Assembly (NCBI GenBank): GCA_963693365.1
Contig: CAVNZM010000006.1
Location: forward strand, 11,163,355-11,227,354
DNA: 64,000 nucleotides
From: Amoebidium appalachense
Lineage: Eukaryota > Protista > Ichthyosporea
Direction: 5' to 3'
Part shown: positions 1-11,417 of the stretch, piece by piece
Layout of the letters: each line of letters begins with the position of its first letter
How positions within the stretch are numbered: the stretch's first letter is position 1
The notes under the pieces: model-generated
What the model was told of the DNA's origin: nothing
What the model saw: the letters and a program-made list of their open reading frames with translations, nothing else
The model's database searches: none
Made by a program: the position numbers and the translations under genes

Positions 1-53
1 TTAGCTGCACCACCCTGTTTGTATTTAACCCTTATTCCCAGCCCCTCACTCAC

Positions 54-118
54 TTGGTCTCCTCTTCCGACTCGTCGAAGCTGTCCTCCTCCTCCTTTCT
101 GTTATTCTTGTCAGGCAT
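54..118 (-). CDS. Probable first coding exon of a gene running off the left edge (MPDKNNRKEEEDSFDESEEET...)
   Basis: ATG at 118-116, an acidic open frame, then a consensus GTGAGT donor at 53-48. It lies divergent from PHB1. The product cannot be identified from 21 codons. Confidence 0.5.
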
Positions 119-630
119 GTTGGCTGGTGGTCGAAAACCTTGTGGGTGCTTCCAAGCAACTTAAATGCCTGTCCTTGGCTTGCCAACGCTAACCTGTAAC
201 GAATAAACAACCCACACCAATTCTTCCCCAAAAGTCTGTTCTAAAGCTATATTATCCGCCAACGTTTTGCGTCTTGCGTAGGCTATCTCAAACGAGTGAC
301 AAACTTCGCCAAGGCGAAAAGGCGCGAAAAAACTTCAACTCCGCGGCGGGCCGTACCCGGAACGCTTCTACAATATTCAGTAAACAGGCGGTAGTTTACA
401 GTAATGTCTGATTGGCTCTTAAAGCATTTACCTTCTATCTGGTTTGAAGGTGCAACACGCTTATACCATTGGTTCATAGGCATCTAATGTCATGCGCAAG
501 GGATGTGTGGCTCTGTCCAAGCCATTTGCCAAGAAAGCGCATGCGCTTCACCGTGGCCCACGAGCTCACACAAAAGTGTCACGGCAGATTTTTGCTTCAA
601 GCGTCAGGTTAGAGTGAAAAAAGCGTGAAA
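119..630. promoter_or_regulatory. Likely bidirectional promoter and 5' UTRs between the left-edge gene and PHB1
   Basis: Short, microsatellite-free, CpG-containing spacer between head-to-head starts, with ATTGG (reverse CCAAT) motifs near 411 and 468. Confidence 0.45.
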
Positions 631-2584
631 ATGTCTGGTGTAGCATCAGTTCTGGAGGCCTTGGGCAAGGTCGGCGTGGTGCTGACCATGGGGGGTGTGG
701 TTGTGAACACAGCACTTTACAACGGTATGTGGGAGGAGACAGAGGGCCGGCAGGGGCTAGGGTTTGGGAGTGAGTGGAATATGAAAGAGAGCATGGAGGG
801 GCGAGGTTTTGGTGGTTGTCTGATCACAAAGGCACGCAGGTTAATGGGTTTTATTTGGTGGCGCCTGTGTGCGTGATAATACGAACGACAGCCAGAGTGT
901 TTATTAAACCTGGTAGTGTAAAGAGCGACTTTAGGACATCAAGCACTGGAGTTTGTGTGGCTTCCACAAACACACCAACGCTGAGCGCACATCCGGTGGG
1001 CATGCATATGGGCACGATCTGGTTTCGCACACCATAAGATACAGATGTGGCCTTCATCATCGTGCTTATATATAATAAGAAGGACACAAACATGGCGACA
1101 ATGGTACAACCCAAATTAATTATCGCCTTCATTTCTGACTTTTGCTTATCTATTGCGCACTCTCACGCTACCTCTGACCGCCATGTTACCGTGCAGTGGA
1201 GGGTGGGCACCGGGCCGTGATCTACGACCGGTTCCGCGGTGTCAAGGACACTGTGGTGGGTGAGGGCACGCACTTCATCATCCCGTGGGTGCAGCGCCCC
1301 GTCATCTTCGACTGCCGCACTAAGCCCCGCAGCATCAACACCTTCACCGGAACAAAAGGTACAAACTCACTCCCCCCCCCCCCGCCCCCCCCCCCCCCCC
1401 TTTCTCAGGAAAACACACCTGCCCTCCCTTTTTTCTCTCTTCTACACTTTGCCAGACACTCCAGAGGTAGCCAAAAGGAGTACACTGAGGCGGGGTTGCT
1501 TTTTTGCCGGCTTCTGTGATGCCTGGTCCTTAGGTGTGTGTGCAGTTTTGCCACACGACTTTGTGGGTGGGCTTGCCCCCAGCGGGTGTTTGTTGGCAGG
1601 CCGCAGGTGTGCACTTCAGGAGTGACGTGCAAGCTTCGGCTTCTACCGGGACAGCATCCCCGAGTGCTAGAATAGTGCACGATTTACATGGCAACAGGCG
1701 CGGGGGGTTCAGTCGCAAAGTAGTTGCAGCCTCCTGAACGAGCATTGAAGGGGGGGGCAGGTTTTGTGTGTGTCTGTGTGGAGGAAGGGTTTTGAGGGCA
1801 GGATGGACGCGTACCTCCTCCCTGGCAACCTTTGGTCTGGTGGCTGCACCGTTTATTCATTGCCATGGCTGCACCACACAGATCTGCAGAACGTGAACAT
1901 CACGCTACGTATCCTTTACCGGCCACGTGATGCCGCACTGCCGCGCATCTACAAGGAGATTGGTCAGGACTACGACGAGAGGGTGCTGCCCTCCATCGGC
2001 AACGAAGTCCTCAAGTCCGTCGTCGTACGTGCCCCCCCCCCCCCCCCCCCCTTGTGTGCGGTGTATTCGGCATCAGTGTTTTGCGGTGTATGGGGCACGG
2101 CTAGTTTGTAGGCACCCTGAATGGTGGGTGCATTGATATCTCCCTTTCTCTCCCTCCCTCCCTGCTTCCCCGCCTCTTTCCCTCCCTTCTCTTCCTTCCC
2201 TCCGTCCCCTTCACTCTCCCTCTGCCTTTACCACCCTTCCCGCTTCTCTCCTTCCTGCTCCAATCTGCTTCTTCCTGCAGTGGTGCACGGTTGCTGGTCA
2301 AAGGTGCCACCACGGAGTGTTTGTTGAATGCTGGGAGTTGGTGTTGTGGAGGTTGCACAGTGAAAACCAGATGACATGTGTGGGGGGTGTTTGCAGTTTG
2401 CCTGGGGTCTGTGCTTGAGGGTATTTGTGCATGTGTGAAAGAGGGGTGTTTGGGGGGGGGGGGGGGGGGGAGTCCTGAGACTCCGTAGTGTTTGGGTGTC
2501 TTGGTACCCTGCTGTGTCTGTGGTGAGCAATAGAGGTTGTGTTGGCCATATTTGGAGGTGGCTGGCCTGTACCTACCCCCCTCT

Positions 2585-2618
<34 letters not shown>

Positions 2619-2911
2619 ATAAAAAAAAATATATACATACTCATCTGCACACGCGCACGCACGCACACAGGCGCAGTTCGATGCCGGGGAGCTGATCACG
2701 CAGCGTGAGCTTGTGTCGCAGCGAGTGCGGCAGGCGCTGATCAAGCGCAGTGCCGAGTTCGACATTGTGCTGGACGACATCTCCATCGTTCGTGCCCCCC
2801 TGTGTGTGGGTGTGGGTGTGTGCAGGAGCGCACTGTGTGTTGCATGCTGCTGCATGTCCTGCACCTTGTTTTTGTTGGACTTTGTGTAATACGTCACATA
2901 CGGACGTGCCC

Positions 2912-2951
<40 letters not shown>

Positions 2952-4040
2952 ACATACACACAAACACAAACACACCGTGGCCCTCAACACCCCCTACCTC
3001 TCCCAAGGCTTATGTGTAAGCCCAATGGTATGGGTTTTGTCGTGCGTTTCGTGTCGGGTGGGTCTCTGCATTGCGAATATATTTGGTGATCTTGTTAGGG
3101 GCAACACGGATCAGAATACATATGTACATATTAAACACACAATGTGTGTGTGTGTGTGTGTGTGTGTAGGATACTTAGGCCGTTTGTTATGGGATGCTGA
3201 TGTACTCTCACCCGCAGACACACCTGACCTTCGGCAAGGAGTTCACCCAAGCCGTCGAAATGAAGCAAGTCGGTGAGTGCCTGCTGGGTGCTGCTTGCTC
3301 TCGGCTCGTGCATGTGCACGTTGGTATATGATGTTTCTGGGCATAGGTGGTGGACATAGGGGTAGTGGCATATGTGGTGGTGCTGGGCCATGTGGTGGGT
3401 TGGTGCTGACATTTGTGTGCAGAGCAACAGAAGGCCGAGCGTGCCCGGTTTGTGGTCGAGAAGGCCGAGCAGGAGCAGCTGGCAGAGGTCATCCGTGCAG
3501 AGGGTGACTCAGAGGTGCGTGGTGAGGGGGTTGCTGCTGGTGGTGATGGCTCTAGCGTGTTCTTTGGTCGGTGTGTGTGTGTGTGTGTGTTTTGGTTGGG
3601 GAGGGGGGGGTCTTTTGTTTGTCAAGGAGGTGAGGGGTCTGTTGGTGGTGGTGGTGGCACTGGCGTGTGTTTGTGCTCCTTGCAGGAAAGGGAGGAGGTG
3701 CAGGTACGGGTGTGTGTGCACGTGGCGAAGGTTGGGGCGCGCACATTGCACGGGCCGTGGGTAGGCCATGCCCTGCCTGCTGCTGGCTCTACCTGCCCCT
3801 GCAGTGGTCATGTGTTACAGCCGTCTCTCCATGCGTCCCATCCCCTCACACCACTGACCCCACCCCCCCCACCCCCAGGCTGCCCGTCTGATCAGCAAGT
3901 CCCTGTCCGAGAATGGGCCTGGTCTTGTGGAGCTGCGCAAGATTGATGCGGCCGTGGACATTGCACAGACCCTGTCCAGGGCAAGGGGGGTCACATACCT
4001 GCCTGGGGGCAGCAACATGCTGCTCAACCTGGGCGCCTAG
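631..4040 (+). CDS. PHB1: Prohibitin 1, 7 exons, 274 aa
   Basis: Exons 631-724, 1197-1358, 1882-2024, 2671-2787, 3218-3272, 3423-3514, 3879-4040. All introns are GT-AG and phase-consistent. Peptides [70 protein letters not shown] and [13 protein letters not shown] are the PHB1 type of the SPFH family. Confidence 0.96.
1626..1739 (+). ncRNA. Candidate structured intronic RNA element in PHB1 intron 2
   Basis: Closing stem CGTGCA(1626-31)/TGCACG(1676-81) encloses AGC-TTCG-GCT, GGGA-CAGCA-TCCC and GCTA-GAA-TAGT hairpins. A second stem is GTTCAG(1707-12)/CTGAAC(1734-39). No family recognised. Confidence 0.25.
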
Positions 4041-4823
4041 AGGTGCGTGGGTGGGTGGTGGGGGGGAGTGTTTTTTTTTGGGGGGGGGGGGGGGGGGGGG
4101 GGGGCTAAGTGTTCGGTGATGGACACGGTGATCGAAGTACTTTGCTGGCTGCCTAGGAGTGCCTGTGAGTGTGTGTGTGTGCTCTTTGGGGCTGTTGCAT
4201 CCTGTGTGTTTTGTGTTGATTACACTCGTTGTCTGTTTGTGCACCTTGGCTTACAACACACTAAAGTTACCACCAACAAATAACAGTCTTTATAGGGGTT
4301 GGGTTGGCCTCTAACACTGCGTGTGGTTGCAGGTGCTGCGGCACAACACCAAGGATGAATTTTGCAGGCAATGTTTGGACCCCCCCCCCCCCCCCCCCCC
4401 TCCTCTACTCGTAGGACCATGACCCGAATGAACATGCAGGCAGCTGGCCCGTAGTGTGTGTGCATTTTTCGGGGAGGGGGGGTCCTTGTTTTACTCTTGG
4501 GTTTTTTGGATGGTTGTGCACGGTTTTATCCGGTACTGTGTATAGGTTGCACGGGTGTGTGATAGCCAGGCCATTCTTGAAAGGGGCGGTGTGTTTTTTA
4601 GAGCAATATTAGGGTACGGAACATGAGGTTTGATTGGCCACTTGTGCAAGGATGTGATCTATCTGATTGGATGTGGCCGCTGGCGGCCGAATAAAATGTA
4701 GCACATCGGGTGTAGCCACACAGCCCGGTTGTGTGAGAAAATATATATAGCCAACGTGGGTGGGACATGCCATGTGTGTATCTATGTTAAGTGGTGTGTC
4801 CTCTCACTGCCTCCCCACCCACC

Positions 4824-4973
4824 CCCCAAACACACACACACACACACGAAGCACCATAATCTTGTGTCTCCGACCCCCCAAACACACGCACACACACGAA
4901 GCACCATAGTCTTGTGTCTCTGACCCCCCAAACACACGCACACACACGGAGCGCCATATTCTTGTGCCTCTGA
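4824..4973. repeat. Minisatellite, ~50 bp x3
   Basis: Unit CCCCCAAACACACGCACACACACGAAGCACCATAGTCTTGTGTCTCTGA-like. GAAGCACCATA-like cores recur near 4848, 4898 and 4948. Confidence 0.85.
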
Positions 4974-5444
4974 AGAGAGATCTTCTTACTTGCCCACATT
5001 ACCGGTCCCTATATTTGACCCATAAGCATGGTCTCACGGATTGAAGCTATACCCTTTGCTTGGTGTACAATTTGCTACAGTTTGGTGACTGTGTGGCCAT
5101 AATGAGTATGGCCGTGTGCACATGTGCGCATGAAGGTGTACACGGTCTAGATCATTATAAGGAATATTGCCAACGGGAGGCTCGTGGGGAAAGCATCCAC
5201 GTGCACGGAGAAGCCACTATTAGCACATGGTGGTGGTGGTGGTCAGTGACTCATATGGCCCCCCGGGGGGAAGGGGGGGGCGGGGGGGGGGGGATATTCC
5301 GGATAAAAAACCACTTGTGCATGGATGCGTGGAACTTCCGGGTGGCGGGAGGAGCGAGACTACATACATAGTACTGTGTATGATGATCATGCAGTAACAA
5401 GTGACGGGGGCCTCGACAGATCGAGACTCTGAGGGGTCAGTGGG

Positions 5445-5911
5445 GCGGTGATATCTGCCACCTACTGAGATGGCTCCTTATTTTTCCTTACACAGTCAGC
5501 GAACACTGGACTCTATCGAACCGTCGAGGCGCCGCGACAGAAAGCATGCACGCGGTCGCGAGACCGTCTGCAGCGAACGTAAACGGTTCATCGCAGCGCG
5601 TGCACACCGTCAGTACGTGTGAGCGGTGATATCCACGGATGACCAGTGAACCGAATACTTTGGGGGTGAGCCATTGAAAATAACACCGAAGATATAGTAT
5701 TGATGAGCTTACCCACCGGCGTGGCTGGGGTGAATGCCCTGGGCTTAAGTTTGTGCTAATAATAGTTAGGATTGTTAAGCGTGTGTGAGCTTAGCTAAAA
5801 AATACCCTAGCACCCTAGCTAGATACTGTCGGAGCTGGGTGGAAGACTGTAGTTCCGCATGAGGGCCCCGATCTTTTTTTCAGAGGGCCGTGCCCGAGGG
5901 GTCCCTCCGGG
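5445..5911. ncRNA. Candidate structured non-coding RNA or CpG-rich element
   Basis: Microsatellite-free, CpG-dense, with nested stems including GGTC-GCGA-GACC (GNRA tetraloop). No long ORF and no family recognised. Confidence 0.3.
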
Positions 5912-6024
5912 AACAAAACGGGTTTAAAAAAAAGAAAGAAAAAAAAAATGAGATTGATGAGCAGGTGGAAGTTCATGAACAGAATATTGACAGCGGGTCT
6001 AAATGGTCCAGTGAGTAGGAAAAA

Positions 6025-6061
<37 letters not shown>

Positions 6062-6420
6062 AGTAGTTTTTTAAAAACTTTGTACATGTGGAGCAAAATG
6101 CATGTCATTGATTGGCAGTAAGAGCAATCCAGTGATCATGACATTCAGCAGACATTCTGGCAGGCCCTGGCAAAACATGGAAAATTTAAAGCCACACAGA
6201 ACATTCTGATGTGGGAAAGGGTGGTGGTCGTGGGGATAGTGAGAGGAGTAGGGGATGGAGTTGTTATCGTAGTGGTGGTGGGGTGGTGGTGAGGTGTGTA
6301 CCCCCCCCCCCCCCCTTTTTTTTTTTGGTTGGGCAGGGGGGGGGGGGGGGGGGGGGGGGGGGGGATGTGTCCTTGTGTGTGTGCGCAAGAGGGACTTCGA
6401 GGGGATTAAGGGGGGGAGGG

Positions 6421-6468
<48 letters not shown>

Positions 6469-6802
6469 ATACGGGATAGAGAAGACGGGTGTGGTGACCA
6501 GGGCATGTCTAGAGGCTACGAAAGGTTGGGTTGTGAAGAGATAACGCAGCAGGCAGCCAGCTGTGTGCAAGTAGTGGGGAGGCCTCGGCCCAGTACCGCA
6601 CAGTCCACAGACTTATATGGGCTCCGTGCGCCTAAAGTTGGTCCCATTGATATCAGTACTGTACCATGTGTCCGTCCAGCAGGACCTTTCCCCCCACCCC
6701 GCCACCCCGCCCCTCCTCTCCCCGCCCCTCCCACCCTCTCCTCCCCCGGAGCCCTGGGTCTTCTCTCTCTCGTTCTCCTTCTCTCTCCCTCTCGTCCCCT
6801 TC

Positions 6803-6844
<42 letters not shown>

Positions 6845-7349
6845 CCCCCACCTCCTCCTAAACCGCCATTTCACCTCCGCAACTTTTGAACGGACGGCTA
6901 CACTGAATATTGTCAAACAATGCACCACTGATCATGACTGGGTATCGATGCAAGGCCATGCATAAGACATATTAGGGGCATGGGGGTCATGGGGTTGTGG
7001 GAGCAAAAAAGAAGGGCTGTGCCAGAATAGTCTTTGCAGACAAGCCATGATGCAGGGAGCTGTAGGCTGTAGTAGCAAAGGTGTGGCCATGTGCATGCAG
7101 GGACGGGCTGGTGTGCACGGGCATCATTTTGAGAGGCCATATATCAACCACAAGCGACAAACCAATCGTTCGGGTGATCTGTAGCCATATTGATGCCGAG
7201 CAGTGCAAGCACATGTGCATACACGTAGGGGCAGCTAGCTTGGCTGTGTGCCGTGTTTGGGGGGGGGTGTCATTAGGGGCTTAAGGTGTAAGTATGGTGT
7301 GTGATGCATGTGTGTGTGTTTGGGGGGGGGGGAGGGGGGGGAGGGGCAA

Positions 7350-7385
<36 letters not shown>

Positions 7386-7878
7386 ACGGGAAGGAATATG
7401 GAATCGGATCGCATGAAGGGATTGCCGAGGTGGAAGAACGGAAGCCTGTAACCGTTTGTGTCCGTCCACACAGAAGATCGTCCACTGCTAAGATTCCGTA
7501 CACACAAGTTCCCGAAATCATGCGGGTACATGCAACGCCGGCACCATATTTGGGATAGTCTTAGGAGCAAATACCAGCCTCCCCCCCCACCCCAAACCCT
7601 CCTTCCCCCCCCCCCCCCCCTCCCCTCCCACCTCCCCTTCCAACTCTTTTTGAAGTTCGATCACTCAAAGACGTTCAGAAACAGAACAGCTCAGCTCATC
7701 CTCCCCCCCCCCCCCTCCCCCCCCTCCCCCCTCCCTTCCCCCCCCCCCCCCCCCCCCTCCCCTCCCCTCTTCCCTTCCCACACCCACCCACCCACCCACC
7801 CAGCCTTTCCCCCTCTCACACATACAGTGTCACCTCCCCGGCGGTATGTGTACGTACCCCCCCTTCCCCCCCTCTGAG

Positions 7879-7914
<36 letters not shown>

Positions 7915-8139
7915 CCCCCTCCCACAAAAAAATATCATGGCTACGACCGGTCGTGGCATCAGTAACTCAGTTATTTCCGTAAGTTCTTTCCGTTATTTCC
8001 GTCACACACCCCCCCCCCCCCCAAAAAAAAAAAAAAAAAAACGTAGTACTGCAGTCCCCTTTGGTACCCCCTTCCCCCCCTCCCCCCCCCCCCCCCCTCC
8101 CCCCCCACTCAGCCCTCCCCCCTCCCCCCGCCCCATCTC

Positions 8140-8424
8140 CCCGGTACCCCCATGCAACGGCAGCTTCAACATCCCCCCCTCCCCCTCCCCCCTGGATTCC
8201 CAGCCGGCCCACTGCCCACGAGGGCCATTTACGTCCATACGGTGCCGTGTGTGTGCCCCCCAGAGGTGGTGTGTTGCTGTGGCGGTTGGCAGCAGTGCTG
8301 ATTGTCTGCATGTAGCCCTGCAGACACAGCAAGAAATTCTGTGCATTCAGGTTCTTCCTCCCCAGGCAGGGGTCATCCCCAAACGGGTGAGGTGCTCTAC
8401 GGCCGTGGGCGGCAGCGGGGGGAG

Positions 8425-8460
<36 letters not shown>

Positions 8461-8960
8461 GTGCGTCAAGGGGATGGAAACGGATGGTAGGCTGACTTTG
8501 AATGACACCAAGCGAGGCCTGTGATGGCCACAGCAGACCTCCCTGCGTAGTTAAGTCACTTGATTGGTATACATCTGGCCGTATTTTGGGATATTTATGC
8601 CATCCCCCCCAAAAAAAACAAAAAAAAACAAGGGAATAGATCCAAATCATGTGACTCTGCTGCCATTAAAGATTTTACTTTTGTCGGCTGTAGCCCTCTC
8701 AGGAGAATAAGGATGTGGTGGATCTTATTGGTGTGCCTGCATGGTGAAAGTATGCCTGGGCACAGGATGTGGCATGCTCGTGTTCCTGCACTGATTGGGT
8801 AGTGCATGCCCAGCATGGATGGCAACATTATGCTCAAGCCTTCCTGTGCTCTGGGAGGGCATGTGTACTTCCAGATAGCCCAGGGCACGATGTAGCCTGC
8901 ATGTCCCCTTGTGGAGGGCACAAATGCACCCATATTGAGCCGCTCATGATCAAACAACAA
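8140..8960 (-). mobile_element. Decayed non-LTR (LINE-like) retrotransposon reverse transcriptase fragment
   Basis: Minus-strand peptides occur in RT order: IHHILILLRGLQ...HDLDL, SQASLGVIQSQP (cf. GVxQGxPLSP), PFGDD at 8383-8372 (cf. YADD), LLCLQGY, VEAAVAWGYRG (cf. VxxFKYLG). The frame is interrupted by homopolymers. Motif recognition was by eye. Confidence 0.5.
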
Positions 8961-9797
8961 TCAGAGTGGCTCATTACGAGGACAACTTGAAGATGGCAAC
9001 ACGAAATCGTGAGCCCCAAACACACCACATGAAATATGTGCGTTAAATGAGGGCAGGTGGGGAGGGGGGGGGAGAGGGAGAAGGGAGAAAGAGGGGAGAG
9101 AGGGGACCCCGGGGGCCAATGAACATGGCACACAGAGGGGTGGGTGGGGCCAGGGAGGGCACAGCAGCAATCGCCTCACCAGGGTGCACACCAACGGCCC
9201 AGAGTCTGCAGCTGTGTCCTTGTGCCCATTCGTCGGTATGTCAGTCTAGAGCAACACATGGCTACAGTCATCTTTGGAGTTGGCCCGGGTTATCATAACC
9301 ACATGAGCACATATCGGCCTTTCTTCTTTTGTGTACATTGTTGCTTACTATCACTGTACATTACTCTGCATACATGACATACATGCGTTCATTTGGGTTG
9401 GCTTTCGAGCTCAAACATATCACATGCACCAGCAGCCATTCCACACACACTATGTGCACTGGCAAGGAAGGTGATGTTCCTAGGAAGTTTCCACGTGCGT
9501 GCATTCGTGGTGGTGTGTAATATCTACGGCCACGTTGCACAACCTGCATACGTGCTCCTGCAGGCTGATATGTGCTATTGGTGTTGGCACATTGATAGAT
9601 ATACACACACACAAGTTGAGCACTAAATAATACATATGTGTATAAGATGGGTTAGGTTAGAGATGGTCGTCATTAAATGGGGTTTTATAAAACCCCTTTC
9701 AAAGGACATTCTTGCTGTACAAAACTTAATATGCAAGTACCATAAAAGAGGCTTAAAATCCAGTTATGGGATATCCTAAATTACACGTTGCCTGAAA

Positions 9798-10081
9798 TTA
9801 CACACCACACCTGTATAGTCGGTTGATGAACAAAATATCCCTTTGGGATAGCTTTTCCTCCAAAATCCCCTTAGAGCGCAGGGGCAGTCCGGTCACTCTG
9901 TCGACGATTGTGGGTCGGGTCAGGTCAACAGCGGCGGCCCACGAGTCATACATCATGACGGAGGCCGGGTCGAAGGTGGTGCCCAGCAGGCTGAAGTCTT
10001 CGGTGGCAAAGTTGGGGAGGGCAGACGGCTGGATGTTGTCGTAGTTGACAGTTACGTGGCTGTTTTTTTTTTTTTTTTTTT

Positions 10082-10127
<46 letters not shown>

Positions 10128-11417
10128 GAAGGGGAAGAGAGGGCAGGAGTGAAAGTTAGCGCACAGCTGGTGAAGGCAAGTAAAGCAGATTGAAGGGGTC
10201 GTGGTTGAATTTGGAACAAGCAGCACCCTGTGTGATAAATCCTGAAGAAGGCAAAAGAACGAAAGGCCTCGAGGGAGTGTGCGCCTTGTTTACAGGCACA
10301 AGCAATATAGGATATGCAAGAGATATCGCAGAAAGCAGGGTTGGTCTTCTGTGCACTTACATGTGCAAAGCTGGATACAACCAACAGAGCATGAGGGGCG
10401 GAGTAGCGCCGTGTGCAAGGGGAAGGGGGGAGGGGGGAGGGAGTGAGGGGGTGGGGGATGGGTGGGTGGGTGGGTGGGGGGGGGGGGGGGGGGGGAAGGG
10501 GGGTGCACCCACTTGTCTCGATCGCTGCGCTGTATCTCGTGGTACATGCCCAGCACGTGCATGGTCTCGTGCACAGCCCCCATGTACCCACACCAGTGGC
10601 CGTCAACCTGGCCCGAGGTTGACCCGAGGTTGACCCGGTGATGCTTCACACCAACCCGCTGGCCCGACCCGACGGTGGAGCTGAAGCACGTGGCCCAGTC
10701 CCAGATGCCAAAGCGCACATGGTATTGATCGGCGGAAGTGCGCTTCTGGAAGCGCACACAGGTGGCTGCCTGGATGGCTGCCAGGGCCATCCTGACCTGC
10801 TGCACCACCACGGGGTAGTCCTGCAGGTTGCTGTCTATGGCATAGATCACTGTGCGGTCCGGCCATAGATACGGGTCACGGGCCCGGTCCCCAGCCCGTT
10901 CTGGAAGGGGCGGCAGAGGCTTTAGAAGCGTAGAGGCGGCGGGTTTGGTAGCTGCAGGGGGGACAGTTATAGCTGTGGTTGTGGTTGTGGTTTTCGTTGC
11001 AGTGTTCGACTTTGCTGTGGTGGCGACTGGGCGGCGCCTTTGTGAAACGAAGCTCAACCTGCCCACTGGTTGAGGGGCTTGTGAGGCCGAGAGGATAGGG
11101 GAGTACACAGGCAGGCCGAAGGACCCGGCCTGGCGCCTTTGGGGCCAATTGTGTGCCTGTGATGGCTCTCCTTCCTTTGGCTCGGCCATTGCAGTCCTTT
11201 CCCCTGCCTGGCCGTCTGCCTGCCTGTCTGGGTATGTTGGGGCCTGCCCCAGGCCGAAGCAGTTGGTTCGGCCCAGCCCCCCTGCATCAGCTGCGGCCTG
11301 GCTCTCCAGGTCCTGAAGGGCCAGCACCCAGCCGCCTGACGTGCCGCGCGTGGGCCAGCATGCACACAAGACCACGTGGGCGAGTATGGCTGCCAGATGG
11401 AGAGGACGTAGGTGCAT
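9798..11417 (-). CDS. Secreted astacin-family (M12A) zinc metalloprotease, 2 exons, ~388 aa
   Basis: Exons 11417-10513 and 10059-9798 (GT-AG, phase 2). Hydrophobic N-terminus, Thr/Pro-rich pro-region, LWPDRTVIYAID, TCVRF, zinc motif HETMHVLGMYHEIQRSDRD, Met-turn SVMMY and terminal LSQRDILFINRLYRC. Confidence 0.92.

Noticed and set aside
1447-1505. Resemblance to the U4 snRNA 5' region (CTTTGC..GTAGCCAA..GAGGCG..TTGCT)
   Set aside because: The U6-pairing segments and kink-turn spacing are not preserved, so this is chance or at most a decayed copy.
5380-5432. Box C/D snoRNA-like ATGATGA...CTGA
   Set aside because: Only ~53 nt long, with a poor terminal stem and no rRNA or snRNA complementarity that I could recognise.
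5804-5820. ACCCTAGC x2 as a possible telomerase template
   Set aside because: It does not match a TTAGGG template and the host telomere repeat is unknown.
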